The position numbers and the translations under genes are program-made. A stretch of DNA of 64,000 bases from Oopsacas minuta (Eukaryota; Animalia; Porifera): positions 124,001-188,000 of the forward strand of contig JAKMXF010000233.1 of NCBI GenBank assembly GCA_024704765.1, read 5' to 3'. The notes below the pieces were generated by a model, which was given only the letters and a program-made list of their open reading frames with translations, was not told the DNA's origin and ran no database searches. Below, piece by piece: positions 11,401 through 22,825 of this stretch (position 1 is its first letter; the number at the start of each line of letters is the position of its first letter).

Positions 11401-14400
11401 GACTGGAGGAGAGGTGAGTATAAAAGCGAGTCGAATAGTGATGTTGATCAGATGCTTAATCAATTTGGGGATATGAGCATGGATACTGCTGCTACACATG
11501 GTGGTAATGCAATACAGTATAGTAGTGATGTTGTGAATTATCAAATTGCTTCATGTTCATTCTATGATAGATCGCTACATATTTGGTCTATTGATCGTTA
11601 CAGAATTTAATGTTACGTGCTATTTATCTTAGATATTTTTGAGTTGGATTTGATAATAATCTGAGTAGAATTTTGCCATGATATTACTTTCTCCTTAGCG
11701 CCTGTTAGTACTTGACAGGCCATGTATCGGTTAGAGTTTAGACTATTTTAACGGGGGGAGAATATCAAAAGTGAGAATATTGCTGATTTTGGCCATTCTG
11801 TTACTTTGCAACAGTACACCTTTTAATATTCAAATACCTTCGTTTGGTGTTCGCTTAACTGAAATAGTGTATTGTGTTATATTGAAGTTACTGAGATTTG
11901 AAATAAGGGTTTTGAAATGGGATTACCCTGACTGCATATTTTTATAATATTGTCCTAAAATACCAATATCTGGGAAAACTACTAGTACAAAGAAGTATAA
12001 AGATTCCCGCTGTTCGGATAATCGAGGGTATACTGATATGAAAAATAATCCTCAAATTTTAAGGACGAAACAGAGAGAATACCCACTTGACCTCTCAAAC
12101 GCTCACTGGATATCTTTATCTCTTGTTCACACACGCCAAAAATTTTCATTCTACACTACTGGCAATGTTGTTTGATGTACAGGAATATTATTGTATATTT
12201 GACAAGCTATATAGTTAATTACATCACTCTTATGTTAAAAACAGTTGAAATAATATGCTTATGAATAATACATGCCTTTTATACTTATCCTTTAGTCTGT
12301 CACACAAGTACCTGCTGTATATCATGATCCACCATCGTATACCTTACATGATATCTGTACTTATATGCTCTCACGAACAGTAGCTTTTCACACAAATAAT
12401 ACAGTGTGTATACCAAGAATACTGGCAGGTATAGGATCACGAATATTGCATAGAATATAGATTCAAGTAGGACGATTGCGAAATCTACTTCAGCATAGAT
12501 TGTTGAGTTTATCCGTGTATATTTCTGTTGAGTTATAAGTTCCAGAATGCACTTTTCTCCAAGTATGTTTTGTGGTAAACTAATAAGGAATAAGGTCGTA
12601 CATAATAGGATATTGACTGCTATAATGAAGAACCAGATAGTGAACCATTTGAAGTGCCTTATATATCTCAAAACCAATCTAGCTTCAATACTTAAACTCC
12701 CAAACTCGTATTTCGTATCTTCATAGAGTATTATTAACGATTTGTATAGTATCATTGAGTTTCTGTAATAGCAGATCAATTGTGTGAATAAAATTATTTC
12801 AGCCAAGAAGTAACCTATTCCTATCCCAATGCCACTTAATGCCAAACACAAAACTATCGATGTTCTCGCTATGAACCATTTCACCTTCTTCCTCATTACG
12901 CAATCTGTCGTATTATTATGTAGATACACATCTTTAGCGAATACTGTTGTCAGATTCAGTATTTCTAAGGTGCATTGGAAGAAAACTATATTCAACAGGT
13001 CAAGGACATATTTGACATAAATATATGCAATTGCGTAGTATTGGTGGCAATTGAATTTGAATTTATCTTCATTTACACTGATTACGAAATTTATACCAGT
13101 CATCGTCACTGTTAAAAGTTCAAAGGTTGTAGCTGTTAGCAGGTATTTATATAGGATCAGCTGATTTCTTTGTTTCACTATTAAATTTTTCATCTCTTCG
13201 CTTAGATCTTGAATTCTAACTAAACTACAGAGCAATTTTCTTGCTTGCACTAGTTTAATTATGAAATATAGCATCCATGGTAATTGTACTAGAACTACAG
13301 TTGTGAAACAAATCGTGAAGGTAGATTTTACCCCGTAAGAAGATGTGTATAAGAGACAGTTACATCCAGAATAATTGTCATTGAATAATATCATAATACA
13401 TCGAATTATTGGTCATTTATACTTATATTTTAATGGAAACTGATTTGTTATTATTTATGTTTTTGTGTATGAAATATTATCATTTTCTAGGTAAAACTTT
13501 TGTGTAAGGATATGGTATAATTTCTTCCAATGTGCTTTCAGTACCCAATTAAGCGTTATGTAATGTCCGATAGTATTCTTTGATAATGTAATGTATAACT
13601 TTCATTTTCATTTTATTAGAATATTTTCATGATTAATAGGGCTGAAAAGAATTGTAATCAATTTGTAACTCCAACACAAATCTCTGTCCAAATTCTACAA
13701 ATTGTAAGGTTTTTGCGATGATAATACTGAATGTTTAGAAGATTCTGGCATAACTTAAGATGTGTGCATTTTACTGAGCTCTTCTAAGTTAAATTTAACT
13801 CCTACCCCCGATTTGCAAGCTTTACGCCCCTGACTTGTGGTGAATTTATTACGCCATGGTTTCTATTATATCCTAAAATCAATACATACAATCCCAACCT
13901 GCAGGCCTCGATTTTCAATTCGTCAAAACTCCATGAATACACATACGTATTACAAGGAAATTACATACTGGCTATTACACACAGCAATCATTGATAAATA
14001 TTTGCTGGTTAACTACTGAAGATGGATGATTACTGCATAATTTAATTCAATTTACTGAGGGTATGCAATATACATTTTCTCACAAGATTAATTATGAGAT
14101 AAGGTGGACTCCGTTTAGAATGAATGACCACATCTTATATGGAGTAACTGACAAATAATCTGTGCCATTTCTACGAAGGGAAACAATACAAAATGGTCAT
14201 TTTAAAGCGGAGTAGAATATATTGAAATATCATGGTAGGTAATATCCACTAGATGAGCATTTCTTTCACATCATCAAACGCTACAGAATACCTTATCTTA
14301 TATCTGTATTTATATTTCTTCATGGAATAAGACTTCTCACACAAATAATAAATAGAGTAGATAATGTAAATAGGCGTGAACCAGATTACACCAATTATAT

Positions 14401-17400
14401 GGAAAAAACTCCCAACTCCTTCTAGAAGATACTTGTAGCCTTGATAAATGTCAGAATTCACAAATTGTAAATCTTGTAAACTCTGATGTGTAATGTTTTG
14501 TATCAAGCATTGATCTTCTATTACGCTTTGCGGTAACCATAATATAAAATCTATGGATATTAACACGAGGATGAATGTGTATGTGAAGAACCATATAGTG
14601 AATCTTTTATAATGTAAAAGGCGATTTCTTGCTTGAATTGCCTCAATACTACCACGTCCATATTCGTAAAGCATTTCTTTTGCTATCATAGATAGTGATT
14701 TGTATAATTCTATTGAGTGTTTATAGTACTTATAGAAACTAAATATGAGAAATATTTCTGCGAATATGAAAGTTAATGGCAGCCCTATCCCACTCAATGC
14801 TAACACGGCAACGAATACAACTCGAAATACGAACTGGTAGATTTTGTGTTTTAAACTTGCCTTGCTTTTGTTCCTGAGGAAAATGTAATTGACGAACTGT
14901 GTAGTCAGGTTTATGAGTTCAATGGTACAAGCTGGTATTACAATAGTGAGGGATAGCATCATATACTTTATGTAGAAATAAAATAGAAACATATAGCTGG
15001 TACAGTCTATAGCCGGAGTTATAAGATCGAATATTATAACTAGAGTTAGTACTATTGAGCAAATTGTAAATGATTCAAACATTGTCGATATTAGCAGGAA
15101 AATGAATAACTGTAGTTTGTTCTTTTGTTGATTGTATATTTGTGTGTTAGATTTGCTCCAATCCTTTTTAATTTCCATGTTTGAGACTGTTCTTCTTGTT
15201 TTTATTGTTTTTCCGATAAAGTAGACAATCCATGGTATTTCTACTACTATAATGGTTATGTAGCCGGTAATGAATACGTAGTTGATTGCAAGTTCTAGCG
15301 TGGTGATGCCGGAGAAGCTGTTATTCATTCTAAAATCTAATATGAAAATAGAGGGACAATAAAATATAAATATGCCAAATCAGTTATTGGAGTGGGTGTG
15401 AAGGACGTATTCAGTAGGTAATTAGCCATATTATCCAACTGTCCTGATGTCTTGGCCTAACACTTAGTTTTATGTCCCGCTAAATCTTGCTAAATATATG
15501 AATTGTCCCGCTTTGAGTGTAACAGACTAATACTAACATATGACCCACTAGATTAATACTTCCATCTCGCTTTTCTCTTCACTTTGGTTGGCATTTGGAA
15601 ACTGGCAAGTATGATCTGGAATTTCTATAATTTGTATCCAGCAATTGAGATCTAATTTATGGATGTACTACTGTCTTATAGGGCCTTAGGAAGTGAACTG
15701 CTTATTTTAAAGAATTTTGTTAGTTCTCTGTGGGTTTTGATAACCTGCATCTATATCATGGTTATCAATTGTCATCTCAGGGGATGAATGACACTTATCT
15801 AGGGCAATTTATACACAAATAATGTGTTTCCCCTTCACCCTAATTCGATAATATTAATCAATTTAGTTCTTTTCTCTAATTGAAAATACTGAAGCTGAAT
15901 ATTATTTGAGAGATTTAGAAATTTGATCTTAATACCTATTATGAGTTTATGACACCCAATACCAGTCAATTTATCTATAGGATGTATTCCCATGTTTTGT
16001 TATATGAACATTCTCTTAGAAGCTACCAGTTAAAATCCATATTTTAAGTAACAATACGAATACAGTAGTACACGGCTTATACGAAATTTCTGTTTTTACG
16101 CGGATTATCAATTCTTGTATAGGAAGGATATTCGGATCACACGTACTGTTGAAATCGGGGTTTTTTGTCCATTTCTATACACAAGGAATGAAGACAAAAA
16201 CTTTCTCAAGACGAAATAATCCGATTTCAACTGTACGTCGGTTAGTACATACTAATTTTTGTCTCCCGAGGGGGTAGTCTTATCCCAGTTCTACTGTATT
16301 TTCTTTAATTAATTAGAACAACAAGATCAGATGCTCCTATCCTAACAGAGTATTATGAGAAACCTCATACTACAGAACGACATAACAATATCCCTTCTGT
16401 AACCACTGAGCCATACTTTGGCCGTGGTCAGGGTTTGAGACAATTATTAGAAGTTAACAATACTACTAGATCTTCAGTTATTCAGCATAATGTTAGTAAA
16501 CCAACTAATGAGTTTAAGGAGAGGGTTCAGGAACAAGAGGAGTATTACCCCTGGGGGAGACCTGGTGCAGGAGCTCCTCTTACTTCATTCAGTGGGTATG
16601 ATACCTCGCTTCATGATAAGAGTGTGAGTTTATTTGTATTCAGTAGCAGGAGCAGATATACGTATAATGGAGTTGGCCTATTAGCAAATCATATTTTGCA
16701 TGGGTTTGCCTTGAAGCGAACTATTTGCCAAATACAAATGCACTTTGTACCATGAAATATGTTACTAAATAGCGGATTTTGATATTAGACCAATAGCTAT
16801 TAGCTATTAGTGAATACTAGCACTGCATATCCCTTCTTCACTTGGGGCATTCGTGAATTCGTGAATATTGGCTACCTTTTCACTCTTTTTGAATTACACA
16901 AAGTAGAGAGTTTTGATGTGAATGTTTGTAATTACTTATATAGACTGCTGCAGATAACAATCACACTTCTTCTCGAGTTCAACCTCTACAACAACCTTTC
17001 GTTAGGTATGTATCTTATATGTATTCAAGGACCCTTGCATAGTGTATACCATTAATGAGCGACAAACTGGGTTCATATTATTCTCACACCATTGTATACT
17101 GTCTTGATATTTTTGTTCCATTTTTACTAGTATTTCATTGTCATCCCTGGTCCATTAGTGTATTAATAAAATGAAGGTTGCAACCTTCTTCTATTATTTA
17201 GACACAACATGTCTCTGATACGTAATCCTGATACAAGGCCAGAGGAAGATAGGAGACGGAAAGCTAATCAATACATGGTATGTTGTAATACTATACAGAT
17301 TAGATCAAGGATTCTCAACCTGTTGTCATTTGACCAAACTATGCAACACTGTGGCCACTGAGATATTTCTCGTCACTTCACTTTTTGGTCAAATTGAAGT

Positions 17401-20400
17401 TCTAAGGCCAATATGGTAAAACATGACCAAATATGGCCAAAAGTGACCAAATTTGAGCTAAGGCCGACATGAGTGTGGTCATGAATCTCATGATGCTAAA
17501 TGTTATACGACATATGCCCAATTGGCCATAGGACACAAGAGTTTGAGAAGTAGATATTTTCAGGAGCCAATTTTAACGAAAACCTATAAATGGCAAAATG
17601 TTTCAGCAATCAATTTCTCTATTGATAGATTGCCATCTGTAATTTCCCTGTAATTTACAATCAAAGTTGTGACACATTAAAATCTCTTCAACCCATTTCC
17701 TAATACGCTAACCCAGTGGTTCTCAACCTGGGGTCCGCGGCCCATAGGGGGTCCACAGCTCTAAAATGTTTTCGTTATGTTTATTGGCAGGGGTCCGCGG
17801 AAGAAAAAAGGTTGAGAACCAATGCACTAACCTATCTCATAATCATTAACGGACATAACGATTAATATTTGTAAAATACAATAATCTCCTCCCTCATAGA
17901 CAAGGCAAAAATCCCTTATCTCCTTTTGAATAGGTTTTCAAAGCTGTTTGAGTACTAATTAGTAAGGTATCTTTATACTTAACTTGAATACATTTAAGAT
18001 GTGATTGCAATTATCTCAATTCTATTACGCATGAATACTTAGAAGATATGTCTTATCAAACTGAATTGTTTAGTCTTGTTATTCATGGAATTCTTCTGAT
18101 TTGAAAGTGGTGAACTATCATGTGAATTAATTGTAATCTGCATGAATTAATATATCTGTATATGCAGTGGAGCCTGCATAATCCGACACTTGTCAGGACA
18201 TGAAAAAACACTGGTGGGTCCCCCTTCCAAATGATCCTATAGATAATATAATATCGTACTGGTTATTATTGCTAGCCGAATTGAATGAAACAGAGCTCAT
18301 AACTAGCAGAGTTGCCCCACATTTTTAACTTTTTTTAATCTCCAACCATTTTGACATGTACAGTAGGTCCAGGAATAGACGTACACTGTACTCAGATATT
18401 GCGCACTAATATTTGTTAGGGTGTCTAAGTCTTATCCGAGTTCTACTTCTACTATATCATCTTATGAATAATTTTTAGCTGGAATTGCAGGCACAAGTTA
18501 AAGAGAAAGAAAGATTAAAGAAAGAAGAAGAAGAGAAACAAATTGAATTAGACAGAATTAGAAATGAGAAAGTTGCCAAAGAGAGAGATCAGCTGTTATT
18601 AGAATCAAAGAGGGAACAAGAAAGACTCAACACGAAAAAGGCAATTATTACATTCTAATTACAGTCAACTCCCCGTTATATCGATGCTCAAGGAGCCGTG
18701 ATAATTACTTCGGCATACGCGGAGTTAGATATAACCGGTGGAATATATCTTACTCTGATTTTGGTACTTTTTGAGATCACATTTGTGCCATTTCAGACTT
18801 TGATGTAAGCGGAGTCTAGCTATATCCGTGTTCGATATGACAAGAGTTAACTGTATCTTTATCAAACAATTTACACATTAGGCTATCACCAAGATTTTTA
18901 ATTTTCTTTGACAGTTTGCTATAACATAATATAAATAAGAATTCTTTTATTGATTCAGGAAAGTTTAATAAATTCTCTTATTCTACAGCATGAAGCCAAT
19001 AAACGCTTTCAAATTCTACAAGCAAAGATAGAAGAACAGCATCAAATGGCTATTGCAGAGAAGAAGAGGAAAAATAAGAAATATCATCACAGCAATACTC
19101 CTGTACAACAAACAGTATCACCATTAACTACACAACCCTTAAGTACAATTGATTTAACACAAAAACAAATAAAACTAAACAAATCCAACAAACAAACTGA
19201 GCACCAAATAAATATATCTTCTCATAAACACGGTAATATTAGAAATCCTCCTCCTTCCCAACTTAGTGTAATACAATCAACAAAACAACAACAGGTTAAT
19301 GATAACAAATCTTCCTCAATGCCTACAACTCGACACAGCAATATTGATCATTTTGAAGTTACGAAGAATTGTTTAGCTGTTAGTTCTGAATGTTTAGAGC
19401 AATCAGCTGATCTGAGTGTATCCTGTTCAGTAGCAAGCATAAATCATGTGACGTCACTACATGATTTGAATACAGATGTACAACACTCTGATAATAATGC
19501 TCAGTTACAACAAGTAAGTAAAGGAATGTGATAGTCAGCACACTCTGGAGTAAGGAGGTCTTAACTACCCCTGTCAAGGGTGGCTTTTCGCAAAATCTCT
19601 CTTAATTCTGTTGAATTTCAAATTCAACTTTGATATATTAGAGTCCCGTATTTTTGGATTATGGAGTTATTTATCCGGTATGTACTAGCTACAAACAGCC
19701 CCATATTATTGGACATATCTATCCAAAGCTGTTTTAGTGATTATCCCAAATATTTGTATTATCTCATAGGCTTGGCATGTATCTGACCCTGAAAAATTGC
19801 TCAACTATCAGTTAACTGTTTAACTGATCTAGTCCTTATCTAGGTATTCAGATATTTACCTGTAGAAATTAGTATTTATTTAAATATTCAAACATGCCAG
19901 AGTAATATTATCATTTTGTAAAATTGTAATTTTTTTCTCTTTTAAGGTTGTTCAGCCATTTAAATGTGTCAACTTTTAACTTATCAAGTTGTAACGAATC
20001 TTTGAAAATGCGAACATATATAAGGAACGTTTATGAAGGAATTCTGAATTTTTGAGTCTCTCATTTCGCTCATATTGTCTGATATGCCAAAATTTTGACA
20101 TTCAATGAATATTATTTATATACAATCAACTCCGTATATCGAAGTCTGAATTGTAGGAATATGGCCCGAACCATCAAAGTAACATAATTGCATAAATTCC
20201 ATCGATTACGGTATATCGAACTCCGCTTACTTCGAAGTAATTTTCGTGGTAACTTGAGCTACGATATGACGGGAGTTGATGGAATTATTAAATTCATACA
20301 GTTAACTCCAGTCAAAGGACGCGATAATTTCTTCGATATAACCGGGTGAAATTATGTTCGACTGTTTGGGACCATATTTCTACAATTTAAGACTTCGATA

Positions 20401-21431
20401 TACGCTGGAAAGTATTCAATATAACAAGCGCAATATATAACAGTATTTTGATTGCTTCGTAATGCTAGTTAGCAAAGAATTTAAATTTCATTGTTACAGT
20501 AATATGCTAAATATTTTTCCTATGCCTTACAGCTCTACATACCTTACAAGCTTGTTAATATTACCACCTCTAACAATTTATGGTTAATACGGTGGTTTAA
20601 TTGTCTTTGTGGTGGACTACTATACTCATAAGAGAATAGGTGCATTTTGTTTATAGTATTAAAGTATGCTGGATTTAGTGTATATTGACAATCAGTTCAT
20701 ATTCTATTAGAATTAGAGTTTTATTGTAATTTGTTTGTGTCTACAGATATATTCGGGAGAGGATAGTGTTAATATTATTAAACAGCTACAGAAGCTAAAA
20801 CAGGTCAGTGAGACTATCATTTTGTAGTATTGTTTTTGAATTCAACTTTCCTGGATCAGGGCGGAATTTGGAGAGCTCTGATTCAGCCACAGACCTAATC
20901 TCTACCTTGTTTGAAAATGTAATCGTTAAAATTTCTAGCATATGTGTTAGTTATTTTCTCATATTTCTCTCAATAATCATGTGCATATTCTAATTGGTTA
21001 CTTGATACCATAGACTAGCGGTTCCCATCCGGGGTCAATGGACCTTACAGACGACTGGAGGGGGTTCACAAGACCTCAAAAGTTGTATTTCAGCCTATGG
21101 TAGGAGATCTGCGTTATGTATTAAATTGCTATAGGGGTCTACGATTGAAAAAGATTGGGAACTGCTGCTATTGATCTTTCATAAGGGAACTCAATTCTGC
21201 TTGCCCTTCCCTGGTCCTGTCTCCCACCATGCTTAAAACCCATGAAAATTATATACATACTGTATATGAGTGTATTTCAGCTTAAAATCAATTTGAATAG
21301 ATTATGTGTAAACTTCTCGAATCTTTTACAAAAATACTTATTCTACTCAAAAAAATTGTTGGCGTATTTTAAATTATTCTATATAGGGCCTACTTGTAAA
21401 GCAGCAAGAATTACAATCTACCTATTACTGA
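8447..21431 (+). CDS. CCDC66: CCDC66/CSPP1-like ciliary coiled-coil protein, 10-exon hand model (568 aa)
   Basis: Exons 8447-8482, 8647-8896, 9302-9458, 16317-16623, 16944-17005, 17202-17277, 18479-18640, 18959-19513, 20747-20803, 21387-21431. All phases match; total 1707 nt. Motifs YYPWGRPGAGAPL, DRRRKANQYMLELQAQVKEKER and C-terminal IIKQLQKLKQGLLVKQQELQ. The first three exons are joined on phase compatibility only; extra small exons between 19514 and 20746 are possible. Confidence 0.7.
10432..11610 (+). CDS. DPH7: Diphthine methyltransferase (WDR85), WD40 protein, intronless, 392 aa
   Basis: NTVEWCP...LLCGTYSL...RYGNLELY, WKAHDYEVW, FSGGDD, LATGSFDE.LLIWDTRDMSKP, GGIWRLKWH, HQSLVYGVDW, SCSFYDRSLHIW. 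Confidence 0.93.
   Translation: MAEYKTSLYPHQPIICSNKVSLNTSLNSNTVEWCPIDSQSNLLLCGTYSLDTGFNRYGNLELYGWVTNGSFALLNRHDEGAGVLDLKWLPLSFFGNIFYVVNSIGQLNVYSIDCALFEIKKIQCLQVCDKSDGSELCLSFDWVSNEDRSIILSDSVGRLAFMDCCDTGELVCKSQWKAHDYEVWITSRDNWNKDVVFSGGDDNKLRGWDLRLAGSASGCVFTSSRHVTGVCAIQSHPLREHLLATGSFDETLLIWDTRDMSKPLNRVQIEDGGIWRLKWHHSDPNLLLAACTRAGAAVFDFTVSLSMPSVTWYREHQSLVYGVDWRRGEYKSESNSDVDQMLNQFGDMSMDTAATHGGNAIQYSSDVVNYQIASCSFYDRSLHIWSIDRYRI
12300..13394 (-). CDS. Orphan multi-pass (6-7 TM, GPCR-like) membrane protein, paralog 1, 364 aa
   Basis: Intronless ORF with 6-7 hydrophobic segments, colinear with the 14249-15328 ORF (LALSGIG, FTIWFF, YYLCEK..KYRY). No classic GPCR signature seen. The N-terminus overlaps a Tn5 mosaic end. 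Confidence 0.75.
   Translation of the reverse strand: MILFNDNYSGCNCLLYTSSYGVKSTFTICFTTVVLVQLPWMLYFIIKLVQARKLLCSLVRIQDLSEEMKNLIVKQRNQLILYKYLLTATTFELLTVTMTGINFVISVNEDKFKFNCHQYYAIAYIYVKYVLDLLNIVFFQCTLEILNLTTVFAKDVYLHNNTTDCVMRKKVKWFIARTSIVLCLALSGIGIGIGYFLAEIILFTQLICYYRNSMILYKSLIILYEDTKYEFGSLSIEARLVLRYIRHFKWFTIWFFIIAVNILLCTTLFLISLPQNILGEKCILELITQQKYTRINSTIYAEVDFAIVLLESIFYAIFVILYLPVFLVYTLYYLCEKLLFVRAYKYRYHVRYTMVDHDIQQVLV
13341..13359 (+). other. Exact Tn5 mosaic end / Nextera adapter sequence (probable assembly artefact)
   Basis: AGATGTGTATAAGAGACAG, 19/19; reads CLLYTS in the minus-strand ORF. Confidence 0.9.
14249..15328 (-). CDS. Orphan multi-pass (6-7 TM, GPCR-like) membrane protein, paralog 2, 359 aa
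   Basis: Intronless ORF with the same hydrophobic pattern and shared motifs as paralog 1. Confidence 0.78.
   Translation of the reverse strand: MNNSFSGITTLELAINYVFITGYITIIVVEIPWIVYFIGKTIKTRRTVSNMEIKKDWSKSNTQIYNQQKNKLQLFIFLLISTMFESFTICSIVLTLVIIFDLITPAIDCTSYMFLFYFYIKYMMLSLTIVIPACTIELINLTTQFVNYIFLRNKSKASLKHKIYQFVFRVVFVAVLALSGIGLPLTFIFAEIFLIFSFYKYYKHSIELYKSLSMIAKEMLYEYGRGSIEAIQARNRLLHYKRFTIWFFTYTFILVLISIDFILWLPQSVIEDQCLIQNITHQSLQDLQFVNSDIYQGYKYLLEGVGSFFHIIGVIWFTPIYIIYSIYYLCEKSYSMKKYKYRYKIRYSVAFDDVKEMLI
17714..17824. mobile_element. hAT-type MITE
   Basis: TIRs CAGTGGTTCTCAAC ... GTTGAGAACCAATG; 8-bp TSD CGCTAACC / CACTAACC. Confidence 0.85.
18662..18853. mobile_element. Tc1/mariner (pogo-like) MITE
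   Basis: TA-flanked; imperfect TIRs CAGTCAACTCCCCGTTATATCGA ... TCGATATGACAAGAGTTAACTG. Confidence 0.8.
21016..21167. mobile_element. hAT-type MITE, degenerate relative of 17714-17824
   Basis: TAGCGGTTCCCA ... TGGGAACTGCTG ends with GGGGTC internal motifs; a similar left end starts at 35509. Confidence 0.6.
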
Positions 21432-22825
21432 TACTCTATTTCCACTTCATATCACTTCTATAATCTCCACCAGCGTCGTGAGTTGTCAAACACTTAATGA
21501 AGTATACTAACTATTATCTCTTATATGTATTTTGTATTTTTATCAAACTTTTCCTTTCAAAGTTAGTATATTTGATATTATCACTATCTTGAGTACCGGT
21601 TTGGATAGTTTAATTACACCATACGCAGGGTTTTTATTTAAGCCTAGTTTTTGGGCTCTCTAATTTGTAACTTGCTAAGTAACCAATATCATTACATTTG
21701 GGAGTGAGGGAACTGTTGGTAGGGCAGCCAGGACCCCTCAAGTATATCCTTCAAAAAACAATTACTATACTTCGCATTTTAGAAATTTATACGGCATGAT
21801 GCTGTATAATTTCCTCGATAAGACAGCCGAATTGTCATTATTTGTTCTTGATTTATGTACTGGGAATCATCTCTATGCTGCAGTTATATTTAATCCCGAT
21901 CTAAACCATCACTAAATTTATGAAATACCCTCGATTCCACTTAATACAGATATTTTAATCCGGGAACTTTTCAAGCTTGAGTGATGAAAACTCGCATAAT
22001 TCGGAGAAACTGTCTGGAACGAACTTATCCCAATTTATGCCATATCGTCTGTATCCTCAATTTTCGACATTTTGGTACAATTTTACAATTACTGTGCTGA
22101 GTGGGCATTATGCCAACAAGTAAGATAGTTATTTGTGATGATTGATCTTTGAACTATGAAGTGAATCTATATTGTGTATTCGAGTTTATCAAAATGTATA
22201 CTTGGGAAGTATCACGCTTACATTTGTACTGTAATCAAATACCATACTGTATTTGGTATGAGTTCATTTGCTATTAACTATTAATTTAATCATTCTTTTA
22301 ATTAACATTGGGTATACCATGATTAATATAACTGTTACTTAGCAGTTTGAATCATGTCTTATAAGAACTTTGTTATTGCGAATTGCCGAATTCTTTCATT
22401 ATACCAGTCACATTAGATCGAATAAACAGAGCTGAGAAATGTTGATTTTCATTCTACAGTCAGGATCGCTTATTTTGAACCAAGCTAATGGCCGCAATAT
22501 TGTATTTCCCTTAAGATTTGTATTAAATTCAGTTCCCATAAAATGAAGTCACAATAGAGACCCTAATTATATATGTCATTAAAACATGCTTCTATAGAAG
22601 CAAGACTGGAAATTATGGGACTTTGAGACTTGAGAAGACTGTAAGTAACTTAAACCCCTCCCTAAAGTGCAACAAATGTTACATTTTCTAATCTATACAC
22701 TCAATATTATATCGGTTACTTATAAATCCTCCGATAACTTATACGTCGTACTTCATAACAAAAATTTACTGATAAATATATTATATAATATTCTCCGTAT
22801 TGATGCTAATTCTACCAAACTAGCC

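Noticed and set aside
22667-22825. 53-aa N-terminal extension of the Ig receptor in the ORF track
   Set aside because: Starts at GTG and is AT-rich; the signal peptide begins at ATG 22826.
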